Source: Malacoraja senta
Taxonomy: Eukaryota
Assembly: GCA_038087875.1 (NCBI GenBank)
Contig: JAXLNO010000342.1
Location: 62,001 to 126,000, forward strand
Direction of reading: 5' to 3'
Length of the DNA stretch: 64,000 bases
Positions 60,411 through 64,000 of this stretch are shown here, one piece after another (the stretch's first letter is position 1; each line of letters begins with the position of its first letter). Made by a program: the position numbers and the translations under genes. The notes below the pieces were generated by a model that ran no database searches, was not told the DNA's origin, and saw nothing but the letters and a program-made list of their open reading frames with translations.

Positions 60411-62559
60411 GTTAAACGGGTCTGGCTTACATGCCTACTCCTGCACCTACAGTATTTTCTATGTTTCCATGTAAATCTCACATTCCAATTAATCTCCTCT
60501 CTCAATTTTCCCACCACCCACATTCACTTGGGGAAAATTACCTTCCAGTCAAATAACCTGATCCTACCTCACAAATGTTTATAAACACTTTAAGTGTAAC
60601 CTTGTTAAATGTCTTCTGAACAGAAGTGATTCATCTTCCCATTTTCTCTACCATCTCAAAAATGTACATACTTCAGCCGGCATAACTAGACTTTTACACA
60701 TCCTTACTCTTCTCTCTGATATATTCACAGCAGGTCAAGAGCACAATTGCTCTAGCCCTGAGGAATTTATTGCTGGACTCGACTCTCAATATTAATCAGC
60801 AAAAGACCCATGTTCTAGGGTATGATTACATTACAAAACTACCAAACAACCTTTCCATTTTCAGTGGAAAATAAGGTAAAATAATGACATGGTGCTATAA
60901 ACTTGACACAGAAATATAACATGTTGGAAATGATCCAACAGCATCTGTGGAAGTAAATAGAGTTGCAACATTTTAGTTGCCAAATTAAATGATGAAGGTC
61001 TAGAATGTGAATTCAGATTTCCTCTCCTTAAGTTTGAACTTTTCCTTGCTTTCTGGGTATTTAGTTTAATTTAGAGATACAGTGCAGAAACAGGCCACTG
61101 AATCCTCGCCGAACAGCGATCCCCGCACACTATCACTATTCTATGCACACTTGGGACAATTTAGAATTTTACTAAGCCAATTGGTATGTCATTGGAATGT
61201 GGGAGGAATCCGGAGCACCCGGAGGAAACCTGCGCCTGTCATAGGAAGTACGTACAAACTCCATGCAGACAGAAACCGTAGTCAGGATCAAACCCGGGTC
61301 CCTTGCGCTGTAAAACTACCATGCTGAACCATATTTTTAGCATTTCCTGCCAAATCCTAAACTGTATCAGAAGATGACTTCTCATGCAGTCTTGGTCTTA
61401 TGCCATTTCAAATATTGTTTTGAAAATATTACTACAATGGTTTATGAATAATAGAAGTGACTTACTATACCAGTTAAAAATCATTGTGAAAAATGTAATT
61501 CCCTCCAAATTACATTCCCTTCTGTTGTGCAGCAAGTAAGAATTTCATTGTCCTATCTGGGACATATGACAATAAAATACTCTTGACTCTTGAAGATGTG
61601 AGGAAGGGTTTCAACCTGAAATGTCACCTATTTCTTTTTGCCAGAAATGCTGCATGACCCACTGAGTTACTCCAGCATTTTGTTTCTATCTTCGGTGTAA
61701 ACCAGCATCTGCAGTTCCTTCTTACAAAGATATACCTCTACCACCTGAGTTCCTACAGCAGTTGTTTTTATGATACTAGGTTGACATGCAATTGAGACAT
61801 GCTGTGAGCTTTCCTTCAAAGCAGGAGGACAATTAAGCCCATATGCTCAATCCATGCACATTTTAACCATTGACGTATAGTAAAGCCTTAACAGTACAAT
61901 TTACATTCAGCTTTCAGATAATGCATTCGACCACAAACAGATGTCTATCTCATTAAATTCTACCAGATAAGGCTTGGAAAGTCTGAAAAGGGGTCTCGAC
62001 CCGAAACGTCACCCATTCCTTATCTCTAGAGATGCTGCCTGTCCAGCTTTCTGTGTCTATCATTGAAAGACATTCTCCCTCCCCCACAATTCCTGCAGCT
62101 TAACATGGTTCTTTTTTTTCTCCTAGAAAAAGACACAAAGTGCTGGGGCAACTCGACGGGTCAGGCAGTATCATTGGAAAACATGGATATGTGGTGTTGT
62201 GGAACAGGATCCTTCTTCAGACTCATTGTGGGAGGTTGGGGGGAGGGTGGTATGGGCATTGTAGAGGGGGAGGGGGTGGGGGAGATGAAGGAAACTGGAT
62301 GAAAAGAGGGGCAGGTAATAGGTGAACATAGGTGAGGAGGCGGTAATGGGGGGAGTTGATAGGGAGATTATTGGACAAGGGCCAGAGATAAAAATACAGA
62401 AGGGGTGCAACAAAATAATTGAAAAGTTGCAAATGGCAAATTTAGAAGGAAGGGGGTGAGGAGGGAAATAGGTGCAAGTCCAGGTGGGCTACAGGGGAGG
62501 GGGGCAACGGTGGGGAGAAATATGGGTGTGGGGGAGAAAGGGGAGGAGGAGGAGAGTAG

Positions 62560-63010
62560 GGCTTAGGTTTCCTAAAATTGGCGAGTTCAATATTCACACC
62601 ATCAGGTTGAAAGCTACCCAAGAAGAATATTAGGGGCTGTTTGCATGTGACCTCACACTGGCAATGGAGGAGACCCAAAACAGAAAGGTCAATATGGCAA
62701 TGGGAAAGGAAGTTCAAGTGGTTAGCAACCAGGAGATCCAGAAGTCCATGGCAGATCCAGTGCTTATTTTCGGCGAAATGGTTGTGGAGTCAATGCTTGG
62801 TCTCGTCGATATACAGGAGGCCACATTGGGAACACCGGATGCAATAGATCCGTTTAGAGAAGGTGTACATGAACCTCTTGTCTCACCTAGAAGGACTGCC
62901 ATGGTCCCTCGAGGCAGACCACAGAGGAGGTACAGGAACAGATGTTACATCCGCAGTTGCAGGGGAGATTACCTGGGATGCGATGGTTTGGGTGGGAAGT
63001 GATGAGAATT
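62560..63010 (-). mobile_element. Degraded Penelope fragment
   Basis: Degenerate GIY-YIG C-terminal DNA (DLSVLGLLHCQ...LIFFLGSFQPDGVNIE). Confidence 0.7.
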
Positions 63011-64000
63011 TTAGGTAACCTACCCCCCCATTTCTTCCCCTCCCCTGTGCCCCATCTGGACTTGCATCTATTTATGCCCTCCCCCGTCACCTTCATCCAT
63101 TCCTCTATTCTCACAATTCACCATTCTTTAATTCCTTTTTGTCTTTTCATCTCTGTTCTTTGTTCAATCATTTGCCTGTCGGAAAATCCTCTCTGCAACA
63201 TTTTAGTTTAGTTTATTGTTAGGTGTACAGAGGTACAGTGAAAAGCATTTGTTGCCTGCTAACCAGTCAGCGTAAAGACAATACATGATTACAAACTAAC
63301 AATTTACAGTGTAGAGATACATGATGAGGGAATAACATTTAGTGCAAGGTAAAGCCAGTAAAGTCCGATCAAAGAAAGTACGAGGGTCACCAATGATGCA
63401 GAAAGTAGTTCAGGACTGCTCTCTCATTTTGGTATCTATCACCTATCATCTGCCATACTTTGTTCTGCCCCTCCTCTCTTCCAGCTTTATTTACCCCCAC
63501 AATCAGTTTGAAGAATGGTCCTGACCCAAAACCTTAGCATCCCACGCTCTCCAGTAATGCTGTCCATCCCACTGAGTTATTCCAAAACTGTGTCTTTTTT
63601 TGTTAACCAGCATCTTCAGTTCCTCCTTTCTTCTTTCTCCTCCTTCCCAGTCCTGAAGGGTCTCTGGCCTGAAACATTAGCTCTGCTTTCCTGCCCACAG
63701 ATGCGGCCTGACCTACTGCATATTGCCAGTGTATTCGGTATTTTACTAAAGTCAATTTTAATAATACTATTCCTGCATGCATTAATGAATTACTATCCTT
63801 TTCAACTATGTTCAAGGTATGAACATTTCAGCATGCAATTCTACCGTAAAAAGATCATAAAAATACCAAACAACAGTGTTATTCAAACAAGTAGTTATAT
63901 ATCGAGACATGTTGGAATCTTGAGCAATGAAATACTGGAGGAACTCAGTGAGTCAGGCAGCATCTGTGGCTGGAATGGACAGGTAATGTTTTGAGTCAGG

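Overview
Repeat-dense vertebrate genomic DNA, most likely from a cartilaginous fish (skate/ray-like). The taxon is inferred from HE1/V-SINE-type SINEs, CR1 LINEs with (TTTCTATG)n tails and abundant Penelope-derived repeats. Host genes, all on the minus strand: a C2H2 zinc-finger gene with a frameshift and stop (8953-9760), and two MHC-class-I-alpha3-like modules. Module A is an Ig-C1 exon at 52683-52949 plus a TM exon at 46232-46338, with candidate micro-exons and a candidate terminal exon. Module B is an Ig-C1 exon at 23261-23533 plus a TM/tail exon at 15408-15580. I could not find alpha1/alpha2 or IgV exons for either by eye. Everything else is transposon-derived: a CR1-derived 71/74-bp satellite, two internally deleted Gypsy LTR elements, a DIRS1-type element, an L1 with a nested antisense L1, a Penelope element with an open RT+GIY-YIG frame, hAT/MITE elements, a THAP-derived foldback and many minimal hammerhead-ribozyme motifs. 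Most unusual signals: (1) a Gypsy copy whose primer-binding site is a 32-nt copy of tRNA-Leu(CAA) fused directly into mid-pol; (2) a 124-bp head-to-tail hammerhead array with retrozyme-like architecture; (3) an Ig-C1 exon whose direct splice to its TM exon creates a stop unless a 24-nt micro-exon is included. Coordinates were read by eye. Boundaries of degraded repeats are approximate.
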